IMG/VR virus record: IMGVR_UViG_3300024264_000021
Coordinates: 54,298 to 74,297 of that record
Origin: an uncultured virus (IMG/VR IMGVR_UViG_3300024264_000021)
Lineage: Duplodnaviria; Heunggongvirae; Uroviricota; Caudoviricetes
Reading direction: 5' to 3' (one strand)
DNA length: 20,000 bases
The notes under the pieces were generated by a model that did not search any database, was not told the origin of the DNA, and was given only the letters and a program-made list of their open reading frames with translations. Both the position numbers and the translations under genes were made by a program. How positions within the stretch are numbered: the stretch's first letter is position 1; each line of letters begins with the position of its first letter. Below, piece after piece: positions 1 to 6,979 of the stretch.

Positions 1-429
1 TATAAATTTACTAAAATTCCATTTCCAATCTGTAATGAATTTCATACATGTTCTAATTTTTTCAATAGTTAATTCTTTCATTTTTATTTTAGTTTTAATA
101 TCAAGAATTCTACTATCAGAACGTACCATCATATCAATTTCAGGTTTAGTATACGAAATTTGTAACGCTTCTAATTGATATTTCTCAATATCATCATCAG
201 ACATAGGTTTTTTTGAATAATATAATTTTAATACTTTTTCCATTTGTTCTTGTTTTTTTTGTAAACCATAAAGTTCTTTACAAGCTTCGTAATAGAAATC
301 AGAGTATTTGTTGTACTTATTTTCAACGCTTAATGTAATCTCATCTAAATTAGATAAATTCTTTGTAATATCTTCATATTTTGGATAGTCGTTGTTCCAT
401 TCGGAAGAAATCAATTCATGGGTAATCAT
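1..429 (-). CDS. uvsY: T4-like recombination mediator UvsY (3' end outside the window)
   Basis: Not in the ORF track. Manual translation from ATG 429 (GGAG RBS upstream): MITHELISSEWNNDYPK...LDEITLSVENKYNKY...LYYSKKP...MMVRSDSRILDIKTKI...FITDWKWNFSKFI, open to position 1. Helical UvsY-like pattern, directly downstream of gp3 as in T4-like phages. Confidence 0.75.
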   Translation of the reverse strand, partial: MITHELISSEWNNDYPKYEDITKNLSNLDEITLSVENKYNKYSDFYYEACKELYGLQKKQEQMEKVLKLYYSKKPMSDDDIEKYQLEALQISYTKPEIDMMVRSDSRILDIKTKIKMKELTIEKIRTCMKFITDWKWNFSKFI

Positions 430-448
430 ATTAACTCCAAAAACAAAA

Positions 449-970
449 TTATTTTTTGACAACTTCCCTTCTGTAAATTGTATAATTAAAAGAAGCTGAA
501 GCAAGTAGTTCATTAGCATCCGCAGCCATCAAATTCAAACCAGTTAATGTATTGGGTATTACATTATAGAAATGAAATCTATATAAAGGTAGGTTATAAC
601 TATCATTAATAGTCAAAAATCCATAACTATCAACACCTTCAAATCTTTCTAAATCTTTTCTATCATTAAAACTATCAGGAAATGAAATTGCTCTTATCCA
701 ATCATGTATTTCAAAATAATTAGCAAAATCTTCCTGCACTAAAAAATTAATATTTAATTGATCAAAAGTAGCTGAATCGGCTCCATGATAAGTTGGATTT
801 AGTATAGTTGGAACTATTGGATTGCTTATTGATAATCCAGGTAAATTCACCTCGTTTAACGTATATGTAACATTTGGGAGAATAGAAAATACCATCTCAA
901 AACGATTTACTTGAGAAAAATTATTATCTAAATCCCCATTGTTAATACTTAGTAATGAAGGCGCTGACAT
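449..970 (-). CDS. gp3: T4-like tail completion / tail tube terminator protein gp3
   Basis: 173 aa with motifs F...F..LPNV.Y....VNLPG.S, FDQL.I.FLVQEDF.NY.EIHDWI, L.I.DS.N.P...F.F....P..L.G, ASF.Y. AGGAG RBS and a late-promoter motif upstream. Confidence 0.85.
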   Translation of the reverse strand: MSAPSLLSINNGDLDNNFSQVNRFEMVFSILPNVTYTLNEVNLPGLSISNPIVPTILNPTYHGADSATFDQLNINFLVQEDFANYFEIHDWIRAISFPDSFNDRKDLERFEGVDSYGFLTINDSYNLPLYRFHFYNVIPNTLTGLNLMAADANELLASASFNYTIYRREVVKK

Positions 971-1007
971 GAATTCTCCTAATTTATTTAATATTTTGAA
1001 CTACTTA

Positions 1008-1015
1008 TATTTATG
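1008..1015 (-). promoter_or_regulatory. T4-type late promoter variant CATAAATA upstream of gp3
   Basis: One mismatch to the T4 gp55 consensus TATAAATA, about 38 nt upstream of the gp3 start. Confidence 0.6.
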
Positions 1016-1028
1016 TTTGAAAAAATAC

Positions 1029-1064
1029 TTGATTTTTTCAAACTTTTGTGGTATTCTATAAATA
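1029..1064 (+). promoter_or_regulatory. Overlapping sigma70-like promoter (TTGATT-N17-TATTCT with TGn extension) and T4 late promoter TATAAATA
   Basis: TTGATT at 1029-1034, TATTCT at 1052-1057 and TATAAATA at 1057-1064, all upstream of ORF 1108. Confidence 0.5.
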
Positions 1065-1107
1065 GAATGTAAACTTAAATTAGCTTACTAAAATAAAATA
1101 AAGAAAT

Positions 1108-1359
1108 ATGAAACCATTTATTATACACGATTCCGATATAAAAGTCAATGTTAGTATTCGTTACTCTTCTAATTTAGAACAAAATGAAGTACAAATAATT
1201 TCAAAAAATAATGAATGTTTTATTTTTCCCGAAGAAATTGTAAAAAAAAATATTAGCAAAAACACTTTAAAATTATTAAATGTAGATGATTTTGGAATTT
1301 TAAATAGTTTCTCTGTAATGAACACTTTTAACCAACACAAGAAAAAAAAATATGAATAA
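1108..1359 (+). CDS. hypothetical protein
   Basis: 83-aa ORF after the promoter, overlapping the next start. No recognised motif. Confidence 0.55.
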   Translation: MKPFIIHDSDIKVNVSIRYSSNLEQNEVQIISKNNECFIFPEEIVKKNISKNTLKLLNVDDFGILNSFSVMNTFNQHKKKKYE

Positions 1360-1684
1360 TTCTAAAATTTTTCAATTTTCTAAATCGGTAGCACCAATTA
1401 AATGGACTGGTGAATATGATGGAGTAAAAATAAAAGAAAAAATAGTTTATTCTGATGGTTCTGAATTAGAAATGCTACTTACTTTAAGTAATAATGATAT
1501 AGATTCTATGGAAAATAAATTAAATGATTTATTTCATTTATATGAAGAGGACTATGAAGATATAGATAAAGAAGATATTGATGATGAAAATGACAGTGTA
1601 TATGTAATAGTGGAAGAAAATGGAAATTCATTTCCGATACATAAAGATGTATTGGATATATATATGGAAATGATGGAGACTTAA
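1352..1684 (+). CDS. hypothetical acidic protein
   Basis: 110-aa ORF with a D/E-rich tract, tightly packed with its neighbours. Confidence 0.6.
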   Translation: MNNSKIFQFSKSVAPIKWTGEYDGVKIKEKIVYSDGSELEMLLTLSNNDIDSMENKLNDLFHLYEEDYEDIDKEDIDDENDSVYVIVEENGNSFPIHKDVLDIYMEMMET

Positions 1685-1690
1685 CAATAT

Positions 1691-2011
1691 ATGGGAACAA
1701 GTATGTCTGCGTTAGAAGAACTTAGAGATATTAAAAATTTATTACAAGAAATTAATTCAGGCGGAGAAACATATGTTGATTCTGCAGCGGATTATATTAA
1801 TGCAAATATTATTTCTGAATTACAAAATAATCCTAATGTTAATATTTTTGAAAAGATTGATAAAGAAGGCGGAGTATATACGCAAGAAGAAGAAACTTGT
1901 ATGATTATATTAGACCTACCAGAAAAATTAGTATTAGAATTATCAATGCGGGCTCATGCGAAAGAAACAACATTAATGAAATATATTGTACAGAAATTAA
2001 AGGAATGTTAA
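1691..2011 (+). CDS. hypothetical protein with C-terminal ribbon-helix-helix-like domain
   Basis: GGAG RBS. C-terminus IILDLPEKLVLELSMRAHAKETTLMKYIVQKL has a strand-helix-helix pattern. Confidence 0.6.
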   Translation: MGTSMSALEELRDIKNLLQEINSGGETYVDSAADYINANIISELQNNPNVNIFEKIDKEGGVYTQEEETCMIILDLPEKLVLELSMRAHAKETTLMKYIVQKLKEC

Positions 2012-2012
2012 T

Positions 2013-2165
2013 ATGGAAGAACAGGATGAACTAGTGACTATTGATATACCTACCGATACATTCATAGAATTAGCGTTAGAAGCACACAAAAGAGATATAA
2101 AATTAAATGATTTAATTGTTGAGATTTTAACAGATTATGCTAAAAAAGTTTTAGAAGATAAATAG
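2013..2165 (+). CDS. small ribbon-helix-helix-like protein (50 aa)
   Basis: Below the ORF-track cutoff: MEEQDELVTIDIPTDTFIELALEAHKRDIKLNDLIVEILTDYAKKVLEDK. AAGGA RBS. Aligns with the C-terminus of the upstream ORF. Confidence 0.7.
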   Translation: MEEQDELVTIDIPTDTFIELALEAHKRDIKLNDLIVEILTDYAKKVLEDK

Positions 2166-2175
2166 AATATAAACT
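2157..2175 (+). promoter_or_regulatory. T4-type late promoter variant GATAAATA ahead of the envelope cassette
   Basis: 2158-2175 ATAAATAGAATATAAACT matches 1058-1075 ATAAATAGAATGTAAACT at 17/18 positions. The 8-mer ends about 41 nt upstream of ATG 2206. Confidence 0.5.
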
Positions 2176-2205
2176 CTATTACTAAACTTTTTTAACCATT
2201 TAAAA

Positions 2206-2853
2206 ATGTCATCCGATTTTACAAGAGAGCAATTTTATGAATGGTTATCTAAACATGAAGTTAAGATAATTGAAAAACAAAATGAATTAGATATTCATTT
2301 AAAAGCATTTGAGAAAGAAGTACACGAACTCAAAAAACGTGTATTTAATGACGAACATTTAATTAAAGAATTTGATACTTTTTTTTACAAAGTAATTCTT
2401 CCTAAAGTCGGTAGTATTATTGATCGTGAAAAAAATAATCATGAAAAATTACTAGAACATATTCATGATAAAATTAAAGATTTAGATCAAAATACGGTTA
2501 AAAAATCAAATGTTTCAAAATATGTAGGTACGATACTTGGAGTTGTCTTTGCCGGGGGTTTAGGTTCTGTTTGGAATTCGTTATATGATATGCAAACTAA
2601 ACTGGATTCCGTGCCATTATTGAAAACCCAAGTATCTGAAATGTTGGTTAATAATAGAAACGTTGAAAAACAATTATTTGTCATGGAAGGCAATGTAGAA
2701 TCTATGAAAGAATCTATAGTTGTCATAGAAGACAAAGTTATGACAGTTTCCAGTAGATTAAATTCCGCAGAAAAAAGCATAGAAACTAATGCTTACAGCA
2801 TTTCTGACGTATATTCCAAACTATCTAAAATACTCCCTAAAAACCCTCAATGA
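2206..2853 (+). CDS. single-pass membrane protein flanked by coiled coils
   Basis: 215 aa with a central hydrophobic segment YVGTILGVVFAGGLGSVW and heptad-rich helices on both sides. ATGA overlap with the next gene. Confidence 0.75.
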   Translation: MSSDFTREQFYEWLSKHEVKIIEKQNELDIHLKAFEKEVHELKKRVFNDEHLIKEFDTFFYKVILPKVGSIIDREKNNHEKLLEHIHDKIKDLDQNTVKKSNVSKYVGTILGVVFAGGLGSVWNSLYDMQTKLDSVPLLKTQVSEMLVNNRNVEKQLFVMEGNVESMKESIVVIEDKVMTVSSRLNSAEKSIETNAYSISDVYSKLSKILPKNPQ

Positions 2854-3998
2854 AAAAAATTATACTCACGCTAATCTTTTGTTTAGTGTACGGTTTATTG
2901 TACGCTGAATTACGTTTAAATACTCGGTCATGGTTGACCACAAGCTATGTAGAAACAACAAAGAATGAACTACCAGAAGAATATGCTAATGTAGAAGTTG
3001 GTCTGCAATTAAATGTAGGTATAACAAAGAATCTTAAATGGAATTCATTGTTTGTTTACGAATCCGCTTATGATGATAACAGACAATTAGATTTCAACTA
3101 TTCGTTTGTTCAAGCTGATTATAAGCAAACTGATTTGGGAATAGGATATAGAGTAGGTAGGTTGAGTGTTCCATTTGGTTTTTGGAGTGACACCAAGTTC
3201 GCACCAGAAAGACCATTTGTACTACAATACTATCCGACAAATATGGTATGGCAAAATACTAGAAAACTTCTAACATCTATAGATGGTCATTCTGTATTTG
3301 GTAGACTTCATGTTGGTGGTGCTTGTCTAGAAGTTGAATACTTGCTAGGTTCAAATACAGATTTAAGACCGAGAGAAGATTACGCACAAGATTTTGTTGG
3401 TATGGAACCAGTTGCGCAAAATGTTAACTATGGACTTCAAGCAGAATTATATTACAGCAACTTTAGAATACGTGCAATTGAAAGTAGCATCACTTCAGAC
3501 TTTGAAACAACGAGAGAATTTTATAGTTTGAACCCTTTAATTCCAGAAGCGGATAAAGTTTATGATGTTGTAGATTTAAATTATATTTACAGATATAATG
3601 CTGGTGAATACTACTTGGGTAATTATATTTTTACATTAGAAAAGATAGATAGATTGCGAGAAGCAAATGGCACAGCAAATGATTTGATGAATAAGTATTA
3701 TGGTTTTAAACTTGGACCATCCAAGCAACAATTTTGGAATGCTATGGTTCAATATCGTACCCATAAATATAAATTATGGACTAATTATGGTCATGATTTT
3801 ATAGAAGATATTGATGAGGAAACACATAGAGGATTTGGCATATCTTATGACTATCTTGATAAGTTAATTCTAAAAGGACAGTATAGTAATACTCATGGAA
3901 CTCATCAATTAACTTGGAAAGAAAACAATAGAAACACATCAAATAATCTAAAAGAGAATTGGGATACATATGCGGCGTCTATCACTTACGTTTTTTAA
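2850..3998 (+). CDS. outer-membrane beta-barrel (porin-like) protein
   Basis: Signal peptide MKKIILTLIFCLVYGLLYA; alternating amphipathic strands (VGLQLNVGI, FNYSFVQADY, YRVGRLSVPFG, GFGISYDY..LILKGQY); BAM-type C-terminus WDTYAASITYVF ending in Phe. Confidence 0.8.
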   Translation: MKKIILTLIFCLVYGLLYAELRLNTRSWLTTSYVETTKNELPEEYANVEVGLQLNVGITKNLKWNSLFVYESAYDDNRQLDFNYSFVQADYKQTDLGIGYRVGRLSVPFGFWSDTKFAPERPFVLQYYPTNMVWQNTRKLLTSIDGHSVFGRLHVGGACLEVEYLLGSNTDLRPREDYAQDFVGMEPVAQNVNYGLQAELYYSNFRIRAIESSITSDFETTREFYSLNPLIPEADKVYDVVDLNYIYRYNAGEYYLGNYIFTLEKIDRLREANGTANDLMNKYYGFKLGPSKQQFWNAMVQYRTHKYKLWTNYGHDFIEDIDEETHRGFGISYDYLDKLILKGQYSNTHGTHQLTWKENNRNTSNNLKENWDTYAASITYVF

Positions 3999-4419
3999 TT
4001 TAGCAGTAGCTTTTTTATTAACAACTACAACTATACAAGCTCAAAATTCTATAGCCGTTCATCCTCAGAATAAACTAACACAAGTTGAGGGTGAAGAACT
4101 TATGTATTTTTTGGAAGGTAGAACAGATACTATTCAAGGTGTTCAAACAACTTTAGTCATTGTTTTATATGGTAAAGATTCAACTTTATTAGATTCGGTA
4201 GTACGTGAAATATCCGTTTTACCTCCACATCTTCTTAAAAGAAAAATAGAAGAAAAGATTGCCAGAGGACAACTAGAACAAGTTGAAGTTAAAGCAACAA
4301 CTATGGATTCATATCGTTATGTTTTGGGAAATAGAAATGCAATTGCACTTAGTAATGAAGATACAGCTGGACTAGCTGATATCATTGGACTAAAATTAAT
4401 TCCTATACAGGTCAACTAA
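3970..4419 (+). CDS. small secreted periplasmic-binding-protein-like protein (type often annotated as phosphate ABC substrate-binding protein)
   Basis: Signal peptide ending TIQA. IAVHPQN..V...EL..FL.G near the N-terminus and V..NRNAIA near the C-terminus resemble the ~140-aa PBP-like proteins I recall being encoded next to such porins. Confidence 0.65.
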   Translation: MRRLSLTFFNLAVAFLLTTTTIQAQNSIAVHPQNKLTQVEGEELMYFLEGRTDTIQGVQTTLVIVLYGKDSTLLDSVVREISVLPPHLLKRKIEEKIARGQLEQVEVKATTMDSYRYVLGNRNAIALSNEDTAGLADIIGLKLIPIQVN

Positions 4420-4427
4420 TAAACCTG

Positions 4428-4434
4428 CTAAATA
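4428..4434 (+). promoter_or_regulatory. T4-type late promoter variant CTAAATA
   Basis: About 36 nt upstream of ATG 4471, with TATAAATT also at 4437-4444. Confidence 0.45.
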
Positions 4435-4470
4435 TATATAAATTATATTTTAACTTTAATCTAACAGAAC

Positions 4471-4635
4471 ATGAAGTCATTTAAACTATTTTTAGACCAA
4501 ATCACAGAAGCCGCCAAGAAAAAGAAACCAGATTTTCTTGATATAGATAAAGATGGTGATAAAGAAGAATCTATGGAGAAAGCTGCAGATGACAAAGAAG
4601 AAGATAAAAAAGATGATGATAAAAAAGATAAATGA
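4471..4635 (+). CDS. small charged protein, probable head internal protein with DxDxDG motif (54 aa)
   Basis: Not in the ORF track: MKSFKLFLDQITEAAKKKKPDFLDIDKDGDKEESMEKAADDKEEDKKDDDKKDK. The N-terminus resembles the T4 capsid-targeting sequence. ATGA overlap with the next gene. Confidence 0.7.
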   Translation: MKSFKLFLDQITEAAKKKKPDFLDIDKDGDKEESMEKAADDKEEDKKDDDKKDK

Positions 4636-4844
4636 AACGATACAGTGAATTCTGGGAAGTTATCCTAGAGAAATCCTTATCTAAAAGTCAACAAAGACTA
4701 ATGGGTATGGTATACGCCTATAAAAAAGGCCGAATGAAAGATGCTTCTGATGAAGTAAAAAAGATAGCTAAAGGTATGTCTATGAAAGATGCAAAGAAAT
4801 TTGCATCTACTAAACATAAAGATTTGCCAGAGTATAAAAAATAA
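4632..4844 (+). CDS. DUF3008-like small basic protein with capsid-targeting-like N-terminus
   Basis: SKSQQRLMGM..A.KKG...AS..VKK.A..MS.KD...FASTKHK.LP pattern, preceded by MKRYSEFWEVILE. Confidence 0.7.
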   Translation: MKRYSEFWEVILEKSLSKSQQRLMGMVYAYKKGRMKDASDEVKKIAKGMSMKDAKKFASTKHKDLPEYKK

Positions 4845-4906
4845 TACTTGACTTCTTATAATTTATTAGCCGCTTAATTTATATAAAAAAATATCAATGT
4901 ATTTTT

Positions 4907-4920
4907 TATGAGATTGTAAT
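4907..4920 (+). repeat. 14-bp direct repeat TATGAGATTGTAAT, copy 1 (copy 2 at 5519-5532)
   Basis: Exact match in the intergenic regions upstream of purE and upstream of purD. Confidence 0.75.
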
Positions 4921-4978
4921 TTTTTATAAATGTTAATCTTCTTTTATAGTTGAAGATTTTTAATTGAAAGGAAATGAC

Positions 4979-5512
4979 ATGTTAAATCCGATTGTTAGTG
5001 TTGTTATGGGAAGTAAAAGTGATTGGGATATCATGAAACCCGCATGTGACACACTCCAAGAATATAATATTCCCCACGAAAAAAAAATTCTATCCGCACA
5101 TAGAACACCTTTGAAAATGGCTACATATGCTAAAAATGCTATTCAAAATGGATTTAAAGTAATTATTGCCGGTGCTGGTGGAGCAGCACATTTACCAGGA
5201 ATGTTTGCTGCATTAACTACAATTCCTGTAATCGGTGTTCCAGTAAGAACCTCTACTGCTGAAGGATTGGATAGTTTATTATCTATTGTGCAAATGCCAA
5301 GAGGTGTGCCTGTCGCAACAGTAGCGATTAACAATTCTAAAAATGCGGCTCTTTTATCTCTTCAAATATTAGCACTAAACAATACTACACTTCATCAAAA
5401 ATTAATTTCCGAAAGAGTAAAGCAAGAAAAAGATATAGACATTATTAATTCTGAATTTAATACTTATTATGAAGATGGAAATGTTACTGTAGTTGATAAT
5501 AATATATTTTAA
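4979..5512 (+). CDS. purE: N5-CAIR mutase (class I PurE)
   Basis: [52 protein letters not shown]. The start is moved to ATG 4979 because of AAGGA at 4968-4972. Confidence 0.97.
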   Translation: MLNPIVSVVMGSKSDWDIMKPACDTLQEYNIPHEKKILSAHRTPLKMATYAKNAIQNGFKVIIAGAGGAAHLPGMFAALTTIPVIGVPVRTSTAEGLDSLLSIVQMPRGVPVATVAINNSKNAALLSLQILALNNTTLHQKLISERVKQEKDIDIINSEFNTYYEDGNVTVVDNNIF

Positions 5513-5532
5513 TATACATATGAGATTGTAAT

Positions 5533-6900
5533 GTGAGAGTAAAAATTGTAGGAAATGGTGGCAGAGAATCTGCAATAAAATGGAAATTAACAAAACATTG
5601 TCATGAAATTGTAAATGATTTGCAAGAATTAACTGTCGTAGGTCCTGAAGGACCTATTGCAGATGGTATTGCCGATAGACATGGTTTCATAAGAATAGTT
5701 GCGCCTAGTATGCTTGCGGCTAGATTAGAATCTAGTAAATTGTGGGCCAAACAGTTTATGCAACGATGGGATATACCCACTGCAAGATGGATGACGTATA
5801 CTAGAAATCCTGATGGTATGAATCAAGCGTTGCTTGACCTTGATATCATGCGTAATAATCGTTCCCACAAAATTATAAGTATTAAACCACTAGATTTAGA
5901 AAATCCATATTATCCAGTAGTAATAAAAGAAGATGGACTTTGTGGAGGAAAGGGAGTAGTAATTGCAAGAACTCAAGAAGAAGCTTGGAGGAATATTCCA
6001 CCTATCTTTATTAATAATATTTTTAAATCTTCTTCTAATAAAGTATTATTTGAAGACTATGTATTTGGTTTTGAAGCAAGTTGTTTTGTCATGTCAGACG
6101 GAGATAGCTATAAAATATTACCATTTTGTAAAGATTATAAAAGAATAAATGATGGTGATGAAGGACCAAATACAGGCGGAATGGGTGCTATTGCTCCACA
6201 TCCACTTGTCACTGATAAAATGAAAAAAAGAATAGAAGATACTATTATAAAACCTACATTAAATGGAATGCGTTTAGAAGGTTGTAGATATAAAGGAATA
6301 TTATATATAGGATTAATGATAAATGAAAATGGTCCTTTTGTCTTAGAATATAATGTTAGATTTGGAGACCCTGAATGTCAAGTACTAATGATGCTTATGA
6401 AAGATGACTTAGCTCCGTATTTAAAGGCAATTTCTGAAGGAACATTAGATAATTTACCCGACCCAAAATTTCATGAAGGATATGCTATTACAGTTTCTTT
6501 ATGTTCACAAGGATATCCTCAAAAATATGAACATGGTTATTGCATTGAAGGTTTAGATAAAATTGATAATAGTGTTCAAGTATTTCACGCGGGAACCGTA
6601 TTTGATGAACAATCTCAAAAATACAAAACAAATGGTGGAAGAGTATTAAATGTAACAACATTTGAAAAAACACTTGACAAAGCTAGAGAAAACGTGTATA
6701 ATGCAGTGAATAAAATCAATTTTGATAATATGATCTACAGAAAGGACATAGGCAAAAATGAAAAAAGTGGCAATTCAAACAAAGCTTCGGAGTGGAATCA
6801 AAGACGTAGAAGGGGAAACAATACTGAACTCCGTAGGAAAAGATTTAAAAATCACTCACATTTCCGTAGGGGAGATTTATTATCTAGAAATAGAGAATGA
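5533..6900 (+). CDS. purD: phosphoribosylamine-glycine ligase (GAR synthetase)
   Basis: G.GGRE, VVGPE.P, LESSK..AK.FM, VVIK.DGL.GGKGV, DYKR..DGD.GPNTGGMGA, EYNVRFGDPE, VFHAGT, T.GGRVL, YRKDIG. GTG start. Confidence 0.96.
   Translation: MRVKIVGNGGRESAIKWKLTKHCHEIVNDLQELTVVGPEGPIADGIADRHGFIRIVAPSMLAARLESSKLWAKQFMQRWDIPTARWMTYTRNPDGMNQALLDLDIMRNNRSHKIISIKPLDLENPYYPVVIKEDGLCGGKGVVIARTQEEAWRNIPPIFINNIFKSSSNKVLFEDYVFGFEASCFVMSDGDSYKILPFCKDYKRINDGDEGPNTGGMGAIAPHPLVTDKMKKRIEDTIIKPTLNGMRLEGCRYKGILYIGLMINENGPFVLEYNVRFGDPECQVLMMLMKDDLAPYLKAISEGTLDNLPDPKFHEGYAITVSLCSQGYPQKYEHGYCIEGLDKIDNSVQVFHAGTVFDEQSQKYKTNGGRVLNVTTFEKTLDKARENVYNAVNKINFDNMIYRKDIGKNEKSGNSNKASEWNQRRRRGNNTELRRKRFKNHSHFRRGDLLSRNRE
6674..6702 (+). 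promoter_or_regulatory. perfect sigma70 consensus promoter TTGACA-N17-TATAAT inside purD, upstream of purS
   Basis: TTGACA at 6674-6679, 17-nt spacer, TATAAT at 6697-6702, A-tract upstream, 55 nt before the purS ATG. Confidence 0.7.
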
Positions 6901-6979
6901 TGCTGACGTTGATGATATTGCTAAAAAACTTTTTGTAAACGAATTACTCTATGATTATGAAGTAAAATATGTTGACTAA
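6758..6979 (+). CDS. purS: FGAM synthase subunit PurS (divergent)
   Basis: 73 aa; LR.GIKD.EG.TI, VG....L, KLF.N.L...Y correspond to the PurS motifs D-P-x-G and LLANPVIE. Lies immediately before purL, with an AAGGA RBS. Confidence 0.8.
   Translation: MKKVAIQTKLRSGIKDVEGETILNSVGKDLKITHISVGEIYYLEIENDADVDDIAKKLFVNELLYDYEVKYVD

Noticed and set aside
2206..2853. Holin or spanin call for the membrane coiled-coil protein
   Set aside because: The TM segment is central rather than N-terminal, and there is no adjacent endolysin or embedded o-spanin lipoprotein. The call cannot be excluded but is unsupported.
2850..4419. Calling the cassette a phoE/pstS phosphate uptake system
   Set aside because: The 149-aa protein is less than half the size of PstS, no pstCAB genes or Pho box are evident, and the ligand cannot be inferred from sequence.
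4848..4880. TTGACT...TATAAT as a sigma70 promoter for purE
   Set aside because: The hexamers are only 3 nt apart, and there is no acceptable -10 at 16-18 nt spacing.
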